A stretch of DNA of 55,483 nt from a virus (lineage: Duplodnaviria > Caudoviricetes). Position 1 is the stretch's first letter, and each line of letters begins with the position of its first letter. Below are positions 8,705 through 18,218 of the stretch, piece by piece. The DNA lies in the IMG/VR virus record IMGVR_UViG_3300015192_000002, positions 1 to 55,483 of that record; one strand, written 5' to 3'. The position numbers were made by a program, and so were the translations under genes. The notes beneath the pieces are model-generated. The model worked only from the letters and a program-made list of their open reading frames with translations, did not search any database and was not told the origin of the DNA.

Positions 8705-9982
8705 ATGGCAGAGTTCAACGTGCAGGAGAACTTCGGCAAGCTCCACGAGGCCGTCACCGCGCTCCGCGAAGAGCAGAAGAAGGGATCGGACGCGAGCAAG
8801 GACGTGCTCGCCAAGATCCACGCGGACGTGGCCGACAAGGACGCCAAGAACCAGGCGTTCATCGCGGCGCGCGAGGCGAAGGAGAAGGCCCTCAAGGGGC
8901 AGCTCGACGCGATCGAGGCCAAGCTGAACCGGCGCGACTTCGGCACCGGCAGCGGCGCCAGCGACCGCGAGCAGCAGGCACTGGAGCGCAAGGAGGCGTT
9001 CGTCGCCTACTGCCGCTTCGGCAACCCGAACAGCGACCGCGACGCCGAGCGGATCGAGCAGAAGTGGGCTCGGGTCCGCGAGGAGAAGGGCCTCAAGCTG
9101 GAGGCCAAGGCCCTCTCGGTGTCGGACGACACCGCGGGCGGCTACCTCGCGCCGACGGACTACGTGAAGGAGATCATCAAGGCGGTGGTGCTCATCTCCC
9201 CGTCGCGCGATCTCGTCAAGGTCCGGCAGACCAGCAGCAAGTCGGTCAGCCTGCCCAAGCGGACCGGCGCCGCGGCCGCTGTCTGGGTGGCGGAGAACGC
9301 GACCCGCAGCGAGTCCACCAACCCGACCTACGGGCTGCTGGAGTGCCCGGTCCACGAGATCACCGCCGAGGTGTACGTGACCTTCGCGGACCTCGAGGAC
9401 AGCGCCTTCGACCTGGAGGCCGAGCTGTCCGCTGAGTTCGCGGAGCAGTTCGCGAAGAGCGAGGGCGCCGCGGTGATCAACGGCAACGGCGTCGGCAAGC
9501 CGTTCGGCATCAACGACGCGGGCCAGGCCGTGCCCACCACGGCATCGGGCGGCACGACCACCATCCAGGACGCGAGCGGCCAGGCGAACGGCATCATCAA
9601 GTGCTTCCACGCCGTGAAGAGCGACTACGCGAAGAACGGTCGCTGGGGCCTGAACCGGACCACCCTCGGCAGCGTGCGCAGCCTGCAGGACTCGCAGAAG
9701 CGGTACCTCTGGGAGCCGTCGCCGGCCGTCGGCATGCCGTCGATGATCCTCGGGGCGCCGTACACCGAGCTGCCCGACATGGACAACGAGGGCGCCAACA
9801 AGTTCCCGATGGCGTTCGGGGACTGGAAGCGGGCGTACACCTTGGTGGACCGCCTCTCCATCTCTGTGCTGCGCGACCCGTACACCAAGGCGGGCAGCGG
9901 CCAGGTGAAGTTCCTCGCGCGCCGCCGCGTGGGCGGCCAGGTCGTGCTGGCCGAGGCATTGAACCTGCTGAAGTGCGCGTAA
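8705..9982 (+). CDS. HK97-fold major capsid protein
   Basis: Coiled-coil delta domain, GGYLAP, WVAE, GNGVGKPFGI, FGDW, LRDPY, RRVGG. Confidence 0.96.
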   Translation: MAEFNVQENFGKLHEAVTALREEQKKGSDASKDVLAKIHADVADKDAKNQAFIAAREAKEKALKGQLDAIEAKLNRRDFGTGSGASDREQQALERKEAFVAYCRFGNPNSDRDAERIEQKWARVREEKGLKLEAKALSVSDDTAGGYLAPTDYVKEIIKAVVLISPSRDLVKVRQTSSKSVSLPKRTGAAAAVWVAENATRSESTNPTYGLLECPVHEITAEVYVTFADLEDSAFDLEAELSAEFAEQFAKSEGAAVINGNGVGKPFGINDAGQAVPTTASGGTTTIQDASGQANGIIKCFHAVKSDYAKNGRWGLNRTTLGSVRSLQDSQKRYLWEPSPAVGMPSMILGAPYTELPDMDNEGANKFPMAFGDWKRAYTLVDRLSISVLRDPYTKAGSGQVKFLARRRVGGQVVLAEALNLLKCA

Positions 9983-10099
9983 GCGCCTGACCCGGGGCCG
10001 GTGCAGTTCGGCCGGCTCCGTCTCCCTTCCTCTTCCACACCCATTCCCGACGCGCGCCGGGCACCGCGCGCGATCCCCTCACACAAGGAGGCCACGCAC

Positions 10100-10519
10100 A
10101 TGCGCGACCTGCACAACAACATCAAGTCCAGCCGGGCCATCAGCCCGGCGGCGGCCATCACCGGCAACACCACCACCGACAGCCAGATCATCGACATGCA
10201 GGGCTTCGAGTCGGCGGAGTTCCTCATGCAGGCCGGCGTCATCACCGACGGCACCTTCGCCTACAAGATCCAGGAGGGCGACGCGGCCAACCTGTCGGAC
10301 GCGGCGGACGTCGCCACGATCGACTACCTTGGCGCGGTCGGGTCATTCGTCGCGACGACCGACAACAACGCCTCCAAGAAGATCGGCTACCGCGGCGGCA
10401 AGCGGTACCTCCGGCTGCGCCTGACCCAGTCGGGCGCGACCTCGGGCGGGTTCATCGCGGCGGTCGCTGTGCAGAGCCATGGCCGCAACAACGCGGGCGG
10501 TCCCGCCGTCTCGCCGTAA
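10100..10519 (+). CDS. Putative capsid decoration/cement protein (jelly roll)
   Basis: Strong AAGGAGG RBS, directly after the capsid gene; IDMQGFESAEF, GYRGGKRYLRL. Confidence 0.7.
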   Translation: MRDLHNNIKSSRAISPAAAITGNTTTDSQIIDMQGFESAEFLMQAGVITDGTFAYKIQEGDAANLSDAADVATIDYLGAVGSFVATTDNNASKKIGYRGGKRYLRLRLTQSGATSGGFIAAVAVQSHGRNNAGGPAVSP

Positions 10520-10535
10520 CACACGCAGTTCCGGA

Positions 10536-10575
10536 AGCGCGGGCGGTGCCTCTTCGCCGCCCGCGCTCCTCTTTT
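10536..10575 (+). terminator. Intrinsic terminator/attenuator after the head genes
   Basis: AGCGCGGGCGG...CCGCCCGCGCT stem followed by CCTCTTTT. Confidence 0.65.
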
Positions 10576-10592
10576 CGGAAAGGACGTAACCG

Positions 10593-11444
10593 ATGGTCGG
10601 AGACCTCACCACGCTCGCGAAGGTGAAGTCCTATCTCGCCATCGATCCGTACGACGCCTCGGCCGACGCGGTGCTCTCGACGCTCATCAGCACGCAGTCT
10701 CGGCTGTTTCGGTCGAAGGCGCGACGGGACATCCTCTACCAGAAGTACACCGAGACACGGGACGGCACCGGGCAGCCGGGGATCGAGCCGTGGCAGTACC
10801 CGGTGCAGAGCGTCGTCTCGGTGCTCATTGACAACGTGACGATCCCCGCAGAGCCGACAACGGTCGCGGGAGACGCGCCGCAGTATGGCTGGGTGCTCTC
10901 GCGGGACCGCATCGAGATCGTGCGCTACCCGGACAGCCTGACCGGCTTTGTTCCGGACTACGGCGGGTTCGGCTACGGGTCGAGCCCGTACAGGTTCAGC
11001 CGCGGGAGCGGCAACGTCGTCCTGACCTATTGGGCCGGCTACTTCGTGAGCGGCGAGGCCGGGACCATTCCCGGATCGCCCTACCAGGTGCAGGCGCAGG
11101 ACAATTTCTACAGCGACTCCGGCGTGACGTTCGCGAGCGGAGGCGCTGCGCTGACGAAGGTCACGAGCGCACCGACCGCCAGCCAGTACAGCGTCAGCGC
11201 GACGGGGCTCTACACATTCGCCGCGGCGGACACCGGCAAGGGTGTGCTCCTCTCCTACGCGGTGGTGCCGGCGGACATCGAGCAGGCCGTGACCGATATG
11301 GTCGCGTGGGTCTACGCGCGGCGCACTCGCGAGGCCACCCGCAGCAAGAGCGGCATCGGCGGGGAGTCGATCGTCTACCAGACCGATGCGATCCCGCCAT
11401 CGGCGCAGGCCGTGATCGACCTCTACGAACGGCAGCAGGTCTGA
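10593..11444 (+). CDS. Head-tail connector (gp6-like) with an inserted beta domain
   Basis: LTTLAKVKSYL, NVVLTYWAGY...VPADIEQAV, IP..AQAVIDLY. Confidence 0.8.
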   Translation: MVGDLTTLAKVKSYLAIDPYDASADAVLSTLISTQSRLFRSKARRDILYQKYTETRDGTGQPGIEPWQYPVQSVVSVLIDNVTIPAEPTTVAGDAPQYGWVLSRDRIEIVRYPDSLTGFVPDYGGFGYGSSPYRFSRGSGNVVLTYWAGYFVSGEAGTIPGSPYQVQAQDNFYSDSGVTFASGGAALTKVTSAPTASQYSVSATGLYTFAAADTGKGVLLSYAVVPADIEQAVTDMVAWVYARRTREATRSKSGIGGESIVYQTDAIPPSAQAVIDLYERQQV

Positions 11445-11446
11445 CC

Positions 11447-11659
11447 ATGGCGAGCCAAAGCGAGAAGGCCAAGGCGCACCGCGAGCGGCAGGCGCTCCGG
11501 TCCCCGGATGCGCTGGGCGGGATCAAGATCCTGCCGGGCTACCCGAACCGCCACGCGCGCAGGCTCGCTGCCTCGACGAATGGCAAACTCGCGCAGGCCG
11601 TGGTCGATCGCGACGCCGAGAAGCTGCAGGCGGCTCTCGCGGAGAAGCCCACCCCATGA
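11447..11659 (+). CDS. Hypothetical protein
   Basis: Fills the gap; ATGA overlap with the next gene; NRHARR motif. Confidence 0.55.
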   Translation: MASQSEKAKAHRERQALRSPDALGGIKILPGYPNRHARRLAASTNGKLAQAVVDRDAEKLQAALAEKPTP

Positions 11660-12120
11660 TCTCCGTCACAACCACCGTCAGCAACGAGGGCCTCCTCCGG
11701 CGATTCGAACACGCCGGCTCCGCCATCCGCGCGCGCATCCGCACGGCGCTGGGCTACATCGGCCAGCAGGTGGCAGACCGTGCCCGGGCCGGCGCTCCGC
11801 ATCGGACCGGCGACCTGCAGGGCAGCATCGCTCCCTTCTACGTCGAGACGCAGAACAAGCAGGCCGAAGTGATCAAGGCGGGCGCGTTCTACGCGATCTT
11901 CCTTGAGCACGGCACCGTTTCCCACGGCGGCGCGCACAACAAGAACGCGGGCAAGGGGAAGAAGGCCAAACTCTCCCGACTGCACCAGTTGCGCGCGCAA
12001 GGCGTGTGGCGCATCCAGCCGCGGCCCTTCATGTCGCCTGCGCTGGCGGCGCTGCGGTCGCAGATCCACGCCGACCTGTCTGCGGCTCTGACGGGCGCGG
12101 TTGAGGACGCGAAGGAATGA
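11656..12120 (+). CDS. HK97 gp10-family neck/tail-completion protein
   Basis: AP.RTGDLQGSI, YAIFLEHGT, PRPFMSPAL. Confidence 0.88.
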   Translation: MISVTTTVSNEGLLRRFEHAGSAIRARIRTALGYIGQQVADRARAGAPHRTGDLQGSIAPFYVETQNKQAEVIKAGAFYAIFLEHGTVSHGGAHNKNAGKGKKAKLSRLHQLRAQGVWRIQPRPFMSPALAALRSQIHADLSAALTGAVEDAKE

Positions 12121-12578
12121 GCGCGAAGAGAGAGCAGGTCCAAGCTGCGCTTCTCTCCCGGCTCGTGTCTTCGCTTGGGTCAAGCATCAAGTCGAGCACG
12201 CGCTACTACGTGGACTTCTCCAAGCTCTCGCCGGAGAGGCAGCCGGCGCTGTCGGTCATCGCCGTCTCATCCACCGCGCAGTACGAGCCGGGCCTGCCGG
12301 CGAAGTGGATGCAGCAGGCGATGGTCGTTCTCTACGTCCGGACGCCGAACGAGACGAACACCACGCCAGAGACGCTGCTCTTCTCGCTGATCGAGCAGGT
12401 GGAGACAGCACTCCAGCGCCAGCCGAGCGAACTCGGCAACATGACCGACGATTACGGAACGACGCTCGGCGCGCTCGTTTGGACCTGCCACATCACCGAT
12501 CTGCACATCCATCACGGCCTCGGTGACGGGCAGGCCGCCGCATCGCTCACCGTCGAGATGCTCGTCTACCCGTCGTAA
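12117..12578 (+). CDS. Tail terminator
   Basis: Position before the tail tube gene; QPAL, IE.VETAL, TTLGALV..C. Confidence 0.7.
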   Translation: MSAKREQVQAALLSRLVSSLGSSIKSSTRYYVDFSKLSPERQPALSVIAVSSTAQYEPGLPAKWMQQAMVVLYVRTPNETNTTPETLLFSLIEQVETALQRQPSELGNMTDDYGTTLGALVWTCHITDLHIHHGLGDGQAAASLTVEMLVYPS

Positions 12579-12659
12579 CTCCGCAGCCCCTCTTCGCACC
12601 GCTAACCCGCTCGGCGCCTCCGCGCGCCCGGGCATTCGTCCGCCCATCGGAGGCAAACC

Positions 12660-13418
12660 GTGCAAGTCAATTTCGGTGTTGGCAATCTCACCCTGATCCC
12701 CCCCTCGACGGCGACGGACCCGACGCCGCTCCTCATCGGCGTCCTCCAGGACGTGCAGATCGACTACTCCAGCGCGAAGAAGATGCTCTACGGCGCCAAG
12801 CAGTTCGCGGTGGCCGCGGCTGACGCGGAAGCCAAGCTCACCGGCAAGGCGAAATTCGCGCAGATCAAGGGCGGTCTCCTGCTCGCGGCCTTCGCGGGCG
12901 CAACCAGCGTGGCCGGCGAGACGACGGAGGTCACTGACGCGAGCACCGCGATCCCGACCACGCCGTTTCAGATCACCGTCTCCGGCTCCGCGACCTACGT
13001 CGAAGACCTCGGCGTGGTGAACGCGGCGACCAACGCGCCGCTGACCCAGGTGCCGAGCGCTCCGACTGCCGGGCAGTATTCGCACGCGGCCGGCGTCTAC
13101 ACCTTCGCATCGGCGGACAACGTCTCGGGGATCTCGGTCAAGATCAGCTACACGAAGACCGTCTCGGCGGTGGGCAAGACGATCTCCCTCGGCAACCCGC
13201 TGATGGGGATCTCGACCACCTACGTGCTGGACCTCTTCAACGACACGGGCGCCAACTCCGCCAAGCCGTACGGTGTCCGGCTCTCCGCCGTCGTCATCCC
13301 CAAGCTGGCGCTCGCGTTCAAGAACGCCGACTTCACCATGCACGACATCGACTTCGAGGCGCTGGACGACGGCACCGGCTCGGCCTCGTCGATCCTCAAG
13401 GCGATCACGGTCGAATAA
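12660..13418 (+). CDS. Major tail (tube) protein
   Basis: GGAGG RBS; FGVGNL, G.LQDV.ID, K.LYG.KQF, K..DFT..DIDFEA. Confidence 0.85.
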   Translation: MQVNFGVGNLTLIPPSTATDPTPLLIGVLQDVQIDYSSAKKMLYGAKQFAVAAADAEAKLTGKAKFAQIKGGLLLAAFAGATSVAGETTEVTDASTAIPTTPFQITVSGSATYVEDLGVVNAATNAPLTQVPSAPTAGQYSHAAGVYTFASADNVSGISVKISYTKTVSAVGKTISLGNPLMGISTTYVLDLFNDTGANSAKPYGVRLSAVVIPKLALAFKNADFTMHDIDFEALDDGTGSASSILKAITVE

Positions 13419-13727
13419 ATGGGCGCTCAGTTCACGACCGCCGAAGGGGCAGTGCTCAAGCTGTCCCCCTTCGTGCTGGCGGCGACTCGCGTCTGCTTGC
13501 CCAAGATCACCGAGATGCAGCAGCCAGACGTGCCGATGGAGCGCGCGACCGGACTGATGGTCGAAGTGATCGTCGAGGCGCTGCGCCGGCAGAATCCGGA
13601 CGTGACGGCGGCGTGGCTGGACGAGCACATCCAGACGCAGGAGCTGGGCGATCTGCTCGCGGCGGTGCTGGCGGCATCGGGCCTGCGGAAGCGAGCGGAC
13701 GAGCCGGGGGAAGTGAAGAGCCCGTAG
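13419..13727 (+). CDS. Tail assembly chaperone (G-like)
   Basis: Between tube and tape measure genes; ends with a slippery site. Confidence 0.8.
   Translation: MGAQFTTAEGAVLKLSPFVLAATRVCLPKITEMQQPDVPMERATGLMVEVIVEALRRQNPDVTAAWLDEHIQTQELGDLLAAVLAASGLRKRADEPGEVKSP
13706..13712 (+). other. -1 ribosomal frameshift site G-GGG-GAA
   Basis: In-frame heptamer near the end of G; the -1 frame stays open to 13987. Confidence 0.7.
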
Positions 13728-13987
13728 ACTGGGTCGGGCTCTACGGGCTCCTCTGCACGGCGCTGCACAAGACGCACGCCGAAGTCGGCGAGATGCTGCT
13801 CGGCGAAGTGGAAGAGCACATCGCCTACTGGAACGAGTTCCCGCCGCCGCACATCTCCCTGCGAATGCTGGCGCAGGCGATGGCCGGATGGAAGCCGCCG
13901 CCGAAACTGAAGCTGCAGGCAGGCACCTTGAAGCCGTCGAGCAAAGAAGACGTGGCCGCGTTCATTGCGGCCGTGACCGGAGGCTGA
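13712..13987 (+). CDS. Tail assembly chaperone T segment (frameshift extension)
   Basis: -1 frame DWVGLYGLLC...YWNEFPP.H with no good start of its own. Confidence 0.7.
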   Translation, partial: SEEPVDWVGLYGLLCTALHKTHAEVGEMLLGEVEEHIAYWNEFPPPHISLRMLAQAMAGWKPPPKLKLQAGTLKPSSKEDVAAFIAAVTGG

Positions 13988-13991
13988 CCCC

Positions 13992-15698
13992 ATGCCTGAC
14001 AGCGCGCTGAATGTCGAAGTCCGCGTCGGCTCCGACGGGGCGGTCAAGGGCTTCAAGATCGCCTCCAGCGCCGCGACGGATGCGGCAGAGTTGATCAGGT
14101 CGAGCCTTGCGACGCTCGGCAAGGAGTCCACACACGCGAAGGAGAAGCACGAGGGCCTTGTCTCTACGATGCGGGAATTCAAGAAGGAGGCGACGCAGAA
14201 CAGCCGCGTGGCGCGCTTCTTCGCGAATGACCTGGCGGCGATCGTGCCCGGCGCCTCGGGGGCCGCCGGAGCGCTGAGAAGTCTGATCGGGATCGGCCTT
14301 GGCGGGGCGTCGCTCTTTTCCGGCATCGAGTTGGGCGTGTTCGCGCTGGAGCATGTAACCGAGCGCTTTCACGAGATGGCCGAAGAGCAGAAAAAGGCCA
14401 AGGAGGAGTTCGCGAAGTGGACGGCCGAACTGGAGGCCGGCAGCAAGAAGGTGGTGGAGTCTGTCGCCGCGGAGATGATGGCTATCAACGGCGCCTCCAA
14501 GGCGGAGATGGCCGCGCACAAGGACCTGACGCCACTGCTCGACGAGCGGCTGCAGTGGAAGGAGAAACTCGCCACCGCGGAGCACGCCCTGGCTGCCGCA
14601 GAGGGCGAGACGGCCGCGGACGAGTTCGCCGAAATCGCTCGCGCCAAGGCAATCGCTGACGCAACCATGGCTCGCGCCGACGCCATCGCGCACCTCGCCC
14701 AGCTGTCGCACGCTTTCGTGGCTCGCGCCGAGCCCATCTCCCATCTCGGAGACGCGGAGGACAAGGAGCACGCCCGCAAGGCAGAAGAGGAGCACGATCT
14801 ACTGCTGACGGAGCTGGAGAAATCAGAGAAGGAGTTCTCCGCGCACATTCTCCAGATGCGCACCGCGCTGGCAAGAGGCGAGGAAAAGATCGAGCTCGAA
14901 AACGCCGCCAAGATCGAGGAGATCAACGCCAAATACGGGGCGGGCACCGTGAGCGCACATGCCGCGATTGCCGTGCAGTCTCAACTCTACGTCAAGCAGA
15001 CCAACGATTTCCGGGAGGCTGAGGAAAAGAAGATCACCGATCGCATCATCGACCTGGAAGCGAAGGCCGCCGAGAAGATCCGCCACCTGCGCCACGAGCA
15101 GGATCAGCAACGCGCGGAGTTCGCGGTCAAGCTCAGCGAGTCGGCCAAGAAGGAGCTCGACGAGGAGATCGCGGTGGCGAAGGGTATCGGGCAAGCCTTC
15201 GGAGCCACGTTCGCCGGCATCGCCGACGGCACGATGAATGCGGCCGGCGCATTCAAGACCCTGGCGAAGGCGGTCATTGAGGCGGCGGTCAAGTCGGTGG
15301 AGGCATACGCAGCAAGCGCGGCGGCGGCGGCCTACTTTGCGGAGGCTGGCATCCCCGTGGTCGGCCCCATCCTGGGTGCTGCCGCGGCGGCCACCGCCGG
15401 AGCATTTGTTCTTGCCTTGGTCGGCAACATCCCGAGCGCGGCCGGCGGTTACGACATCCCTGCCGGCCTCAACCCGGTAGTGCAGACCCACGCGAGGGAG
15501 ATGATCCTCCCTGCGCATCTGGCGGACGGGTTCCGCAACATGATCGATGGCGGAGGAGGCCCTGGCGGTGGGGGCGGAGGAGGCGGCCCGCACGTCCACA
15601 TCCACGCCATGGACGGCGTCAGCGTGCAGCGGGTGGTCGAAAGCCCTGCCTTCGCGCGCGCGATCCACGAGGCGCGGCGCAATGGGCTGGTGGAATAA
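13992..15698 (+). CDS. Tape measure protein (short, 568 aa)
   Basis: Ala/Glu/Lys helical; AGIPVVGPILG, SAAGGYDIP, HAREMILPA, HIHAMDG. Confidence 0.88.
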   Translation: MPDSALNVEVRVGSDGAVKGFKIASSAATDAAELIRSSLATLGKESTHAKEKHEGLVSTMREFKKEATQNSRVARFFANDLAAIVPGASGAAGALRSLIGIGLGGASLFSGIELGVFALEHVTERFHEMAEEQKKAKEEFAKWTAELEAGSKKVVESVAAEMMAINGASKAEMAAHKDLTPLLDERLQWKEKLATAEHALAAAEGETAADEFAEIARAKAIADATMARADAIAHLAQLSHAFVARAEPISHLGDAEDKEHARKAEEEHDLLLTELEKSEKEFSAHILQMRTALARGEEKIELENAAKIEEINAKYGAGTVSAHAAIAVQSQLYVKQTNDFREAEEKKITDRIIDLEAKAAEKIRHLRHEQDQQRAEFAVKLSESAKKELDEEIAVAKGIGQAFGATFAGIADGTMNAAGAFKTLAKAVIEAAVKSVEAYAASAAAAAYFAEAGIPVVGPILGAAAAATAGAFVLALVGNIPSAAGGYDIPAGLNPVVQTHAREMILPAHLADGFRNMIDGGGGPGGGGGGGGPHVHIHAMDGVSVQRVVESPAFARAIHEARRNGLVE

Positions 15699-16637
15699 GT
15701 GTCGAATCTGATCTTTCCATCCACGCTCCCCGGCTGCGTGCTCACCGGCAGGGAAGCGCTGGACGATGACGCGCTGATCGAGGAGTCGCTCTCCAAGAGA
15801 GAGCTGCGCTCGACGTGGTCCACATACGGCAGGTATCGCTACGAGTTCACGTTCAGCGTGCTCCGCTCTGCAACGGCATTCGTGGAATACCAGAAGGTGC
15901 TGGGCTTCCGCTCGCGGCATCGCGGCACGCTGGACTCGTTCCTGCTGACGGACGCAGAGGACAACACCGTCACCGCCCATCCCTTCGGCATTGGCGACGG
16001 GGTGACGACGTCCTTTCAGCTTCAGCGGACGCTGGTGGCGAGCACCGACCTCGCGGCAGCGGCGAGCCGGGCCTACTGGCCGACGATGGGCGACGGCTAC
16101 GAGCCGATATGGGACGTGAACAGCGCCCCCGCCATCTACAAGGACACGGGCGGCGGCCCGGTGCTGCAGGTCTTGAGCGTCGATTACACGCTGCCGGGGC
16201 TGGGCACGGTCACCTTCACCGCGGCGCCCGCAGCGAATGCGATCCTCACCTGGACCGGCACCTACTACCGCCGGGTCCGTTTCGAGTCGGCATCGCTTCC
16301 GACGGGCCGCATCGTCAGCGGTCTGTGGTCGGCGAAGTGCACGCTCATCTCGATCAAGTCTCAGGAGGCTACTCCGCCCATGGTGCCCCCGCAATTCGGG
16401 CTCACGCCCAAGTCCGAGACGCCCACCGGCACCATCAACGGGACGACCGGCAGCGACGGCAACGCGACGTTCACGCTCTCGCACACGCCTGTCGGCCCGG
16501 TCGCGATCTACCGCAACAGCATCCGGCTCACGCAGGGCGTGGACTACACCGTCGCTAGCGCGACGATCACGGCCATCGCTCCGAACATCCCGATCGCTGG
16601 CGACTCCTACGTCGCTGACTACTTCTACACGGTCTGA
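15699..16637 (+). CDS. Distal tail protein (DUF2460-like) with a C-terminal beta-repeat domain
   Basis: FGIGDGVTTSFQL, VTFTAAPAANAILTWTGTYY..VRF. Confidence 0.8.
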   Translation: MSNLIFPSTLPGCVLTGREALDDDALIEESLSKRELRSTWSTYGRYRYEFTFSVLRSATAFVEYQKVLGFRSRHRGTLDSFLLTDAEDNTVTAHPFGIGDGVTTSFQLQRTLVASTDLAAAASRAYWPTMGDGYEPIWDVNSAPAIYKDTGGGPVLQVLSVDYTLPGLGTVTFTAAPAANAILTWTGTYYRRVRFESASLPTGRIVSGLWSAKCTLISIKSQEATPPMVPPQFGLTPKSETPTGTINGTTGSDGNATFTLSHTPVGPVAIYRNSIRLTQGVDYTVASATITAIAPNIPIAGDSYVADYFYTV

Positions 16638-16649
16638 GGCCCACCGCCC

Positions 16650-17318
16650 ATGAACAAGACTCCCATCGCGGCAGGTGCCGCCGCCGCTGCATTGCTTGCC
16701 CTCGGCGCGTACGGCGTCACCAAGTTCACGACCGACCAGGCGAACGTCGTCGCGGCGCCGGTGGCCGTGAACATGACCGGCGTCACGGCCGCGCAAGGGA
16801 CGAGCCGCTCCTTCGCGACGGCGGACCACGTCCACTCGACATCGGGAACGCTGCCGGAGGCGCGTGGCGGCACCAACCAGAGCACCTACGCACAGGGCGA
16901 TCTGCTCTACGCCAGCGCGGCGAATACGCTGGCAAAGCTGGCAAAGGGGACCGGCGGCCAACTCCTGCAGATCAGCTCGACGGTTCCCATCTGGGTCGGT
17001 GATACGGCGTGGACCAACGTCTCCTGCGCCCCGTGCAGCAACTCGTGGACGAATACCGGCGGCGTCTATCAGGTCGCCGGCTACCTCAAGGACGGAGCGG
17101 CCCAGGTCCACCTGCGCGGAGCCATCAAGTCCGGCACTCTCGGGCTGGCTGCGTTCACGCTGCCGACCGGCTATCGGCCGACAAACAGAATGATCTTCGC
17201 GAGCGATTCCAACGGGGCCTATGGACAGCTGCTCGTCAACGCAGACGGGACCGTCGTCCCGAACGCGGGCAGCAACGTCCAGTTCAACCTCGACAACGTG
17301 TCATTCGACGTTCGCTGA
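16650..17318 (+). CDS. Short tail fibre/receptor-binding-like protein with a hydrophobic N-terminus
   Basis: ADHVH, GTLPEARGGT, GDLLYASAANTL.KL, VHLRGAIK.G, FTLPTGYRP. Confidence 0.7.
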   Translation: MNKTPIAAGAAAAALLALGAYGVTKFTTDQANVVAAPVAVNMTGVTAAQGTSRSFATADHVHSTSGTLPEARGGTNQSTYAQGDLLYASAANTLAKLAKGTGGQLLQISSTVPIWVGDTAWTNVSCAPCSNSWTNTGGVYQVAGYLKDGAAQVHLRGAIKSGTLGLAAFTLPTGYRPTNRMIFASDSNGAYGQLLVNADGTVVPNAGSNVQFNLDNVSFDVR

Positions 17319-18218
17319 ATGCGCACCGCTCCCGCCGCCCTCAAGACATGGCTCGCCGCGAACAACGTCGCGTGGCGTGCCGACCTCGTCACGATCGTTT
17401 TGTCCGACGGCGTGACGAAGTACCGCTGGACGACGGCTGACGGGAACATCGCCTATGGCGGGAACCTCTTCTACGCGGCGGGGCCGAATGGGCCGCTCGT
17501 CAAGCGCAGCGCCTATAACTGCGCAGCGCGGCTCGTGATCGATACGCTCGACCTCGAGCTTGTCGGCGGCGGGTACACCATCGCCGGCAGCGCGCTTCCG
17601 CTTCTCGGCGCTCAGGGCTACTTCGACGGGGCGCGCGTCCAGATCGACCACGCGATCGGCTCGGACCCGAATGCGGCCATCGCCGGCACGGGCGGCGGAG
17701 TGATCCCCAGCTTCTTCGAGGGGCGTATCGCGGGGGTCGAGCCAAAGGCGATGTCCTTGCGGATGCGCCTCAAGAGCGAGTTGGTCGCGCTCAACCAACT
17801 TCTCCCGCGCTTCCTCCTGCAACACCAGTGCGGCAACGCCGTGTACGACGCCAACTGCACGATGAGCCGCGCGACCTTCACGCTGACCGGCGCGGCCTCG
17901 GGCGTGCCGACCACAACGACGGTGCCGACCACGACCGCGGCGCTGACGGCCAAGGCGTCGGGCTACTTCAACCTCGGCGTGTTGCGGTTCACGCAGGGGC
18001 CTAACAACGGCCTCGCGCGCGCCGTGCAGAACTGGGACGGCACGACCTTCACGCTGGCGCTGCCGTTCCCATCCGCGCCGCTGGCCGGCAACACCTTCAC
18101 CGTCTATCCCGGCTGCGACAGGTCGAAGGGCCGATGCCTCACGGTGTTCAACAACCTCGCGCACTACCGCGGCTTCCCGCACATGCCGTCCCCGGAAGCG
18201 GGTAGCTGGTATGCCTAG
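17319..18218 (+). CDS. Baseplate hub protein (DUF2163/BR0599 type)
   Basis: GYFDGARV, QCGNAVYD..C, GYFNLG.L.FT.G.N, VYPGCD.S...C...FNN..HYRGFP. Confidence 0.88.
   Translation: MRTAPAALKTWLAANNVAWRADLVTIVLSDGVTKYRWTTADGNIAYGGNLFYAAGPNGPLVKRSAYNCAARLVIDTLDLELVGGGYTIAGSALPLLGAQGYFDGARVQIDHAIGSDPNAAIAGTGGGVIPSFFEGRIAGVEPKAMSLRMRLKSELVALNQLLPRFLLQHQCGNAVYDANCTMSRATFTLTGAASGVPTTTTVPTTTAALTAKASGYFNLGVLRFTQGPNNGLARAVQNWDGTTFTLALPFPSAPLAGNTFTVYPGCDRSKGRCLTVFNNLAHYRGFPHMPSPEAGSWYA

Noticed and set aside
7520-9610. 696-aa minus-strand ORF (likewise 14823-17111 and other long antisense ORFs)
   Set aside because: Antisense shadows of protease, capsid and tail genes caused by high-GC codon bias; no motifs
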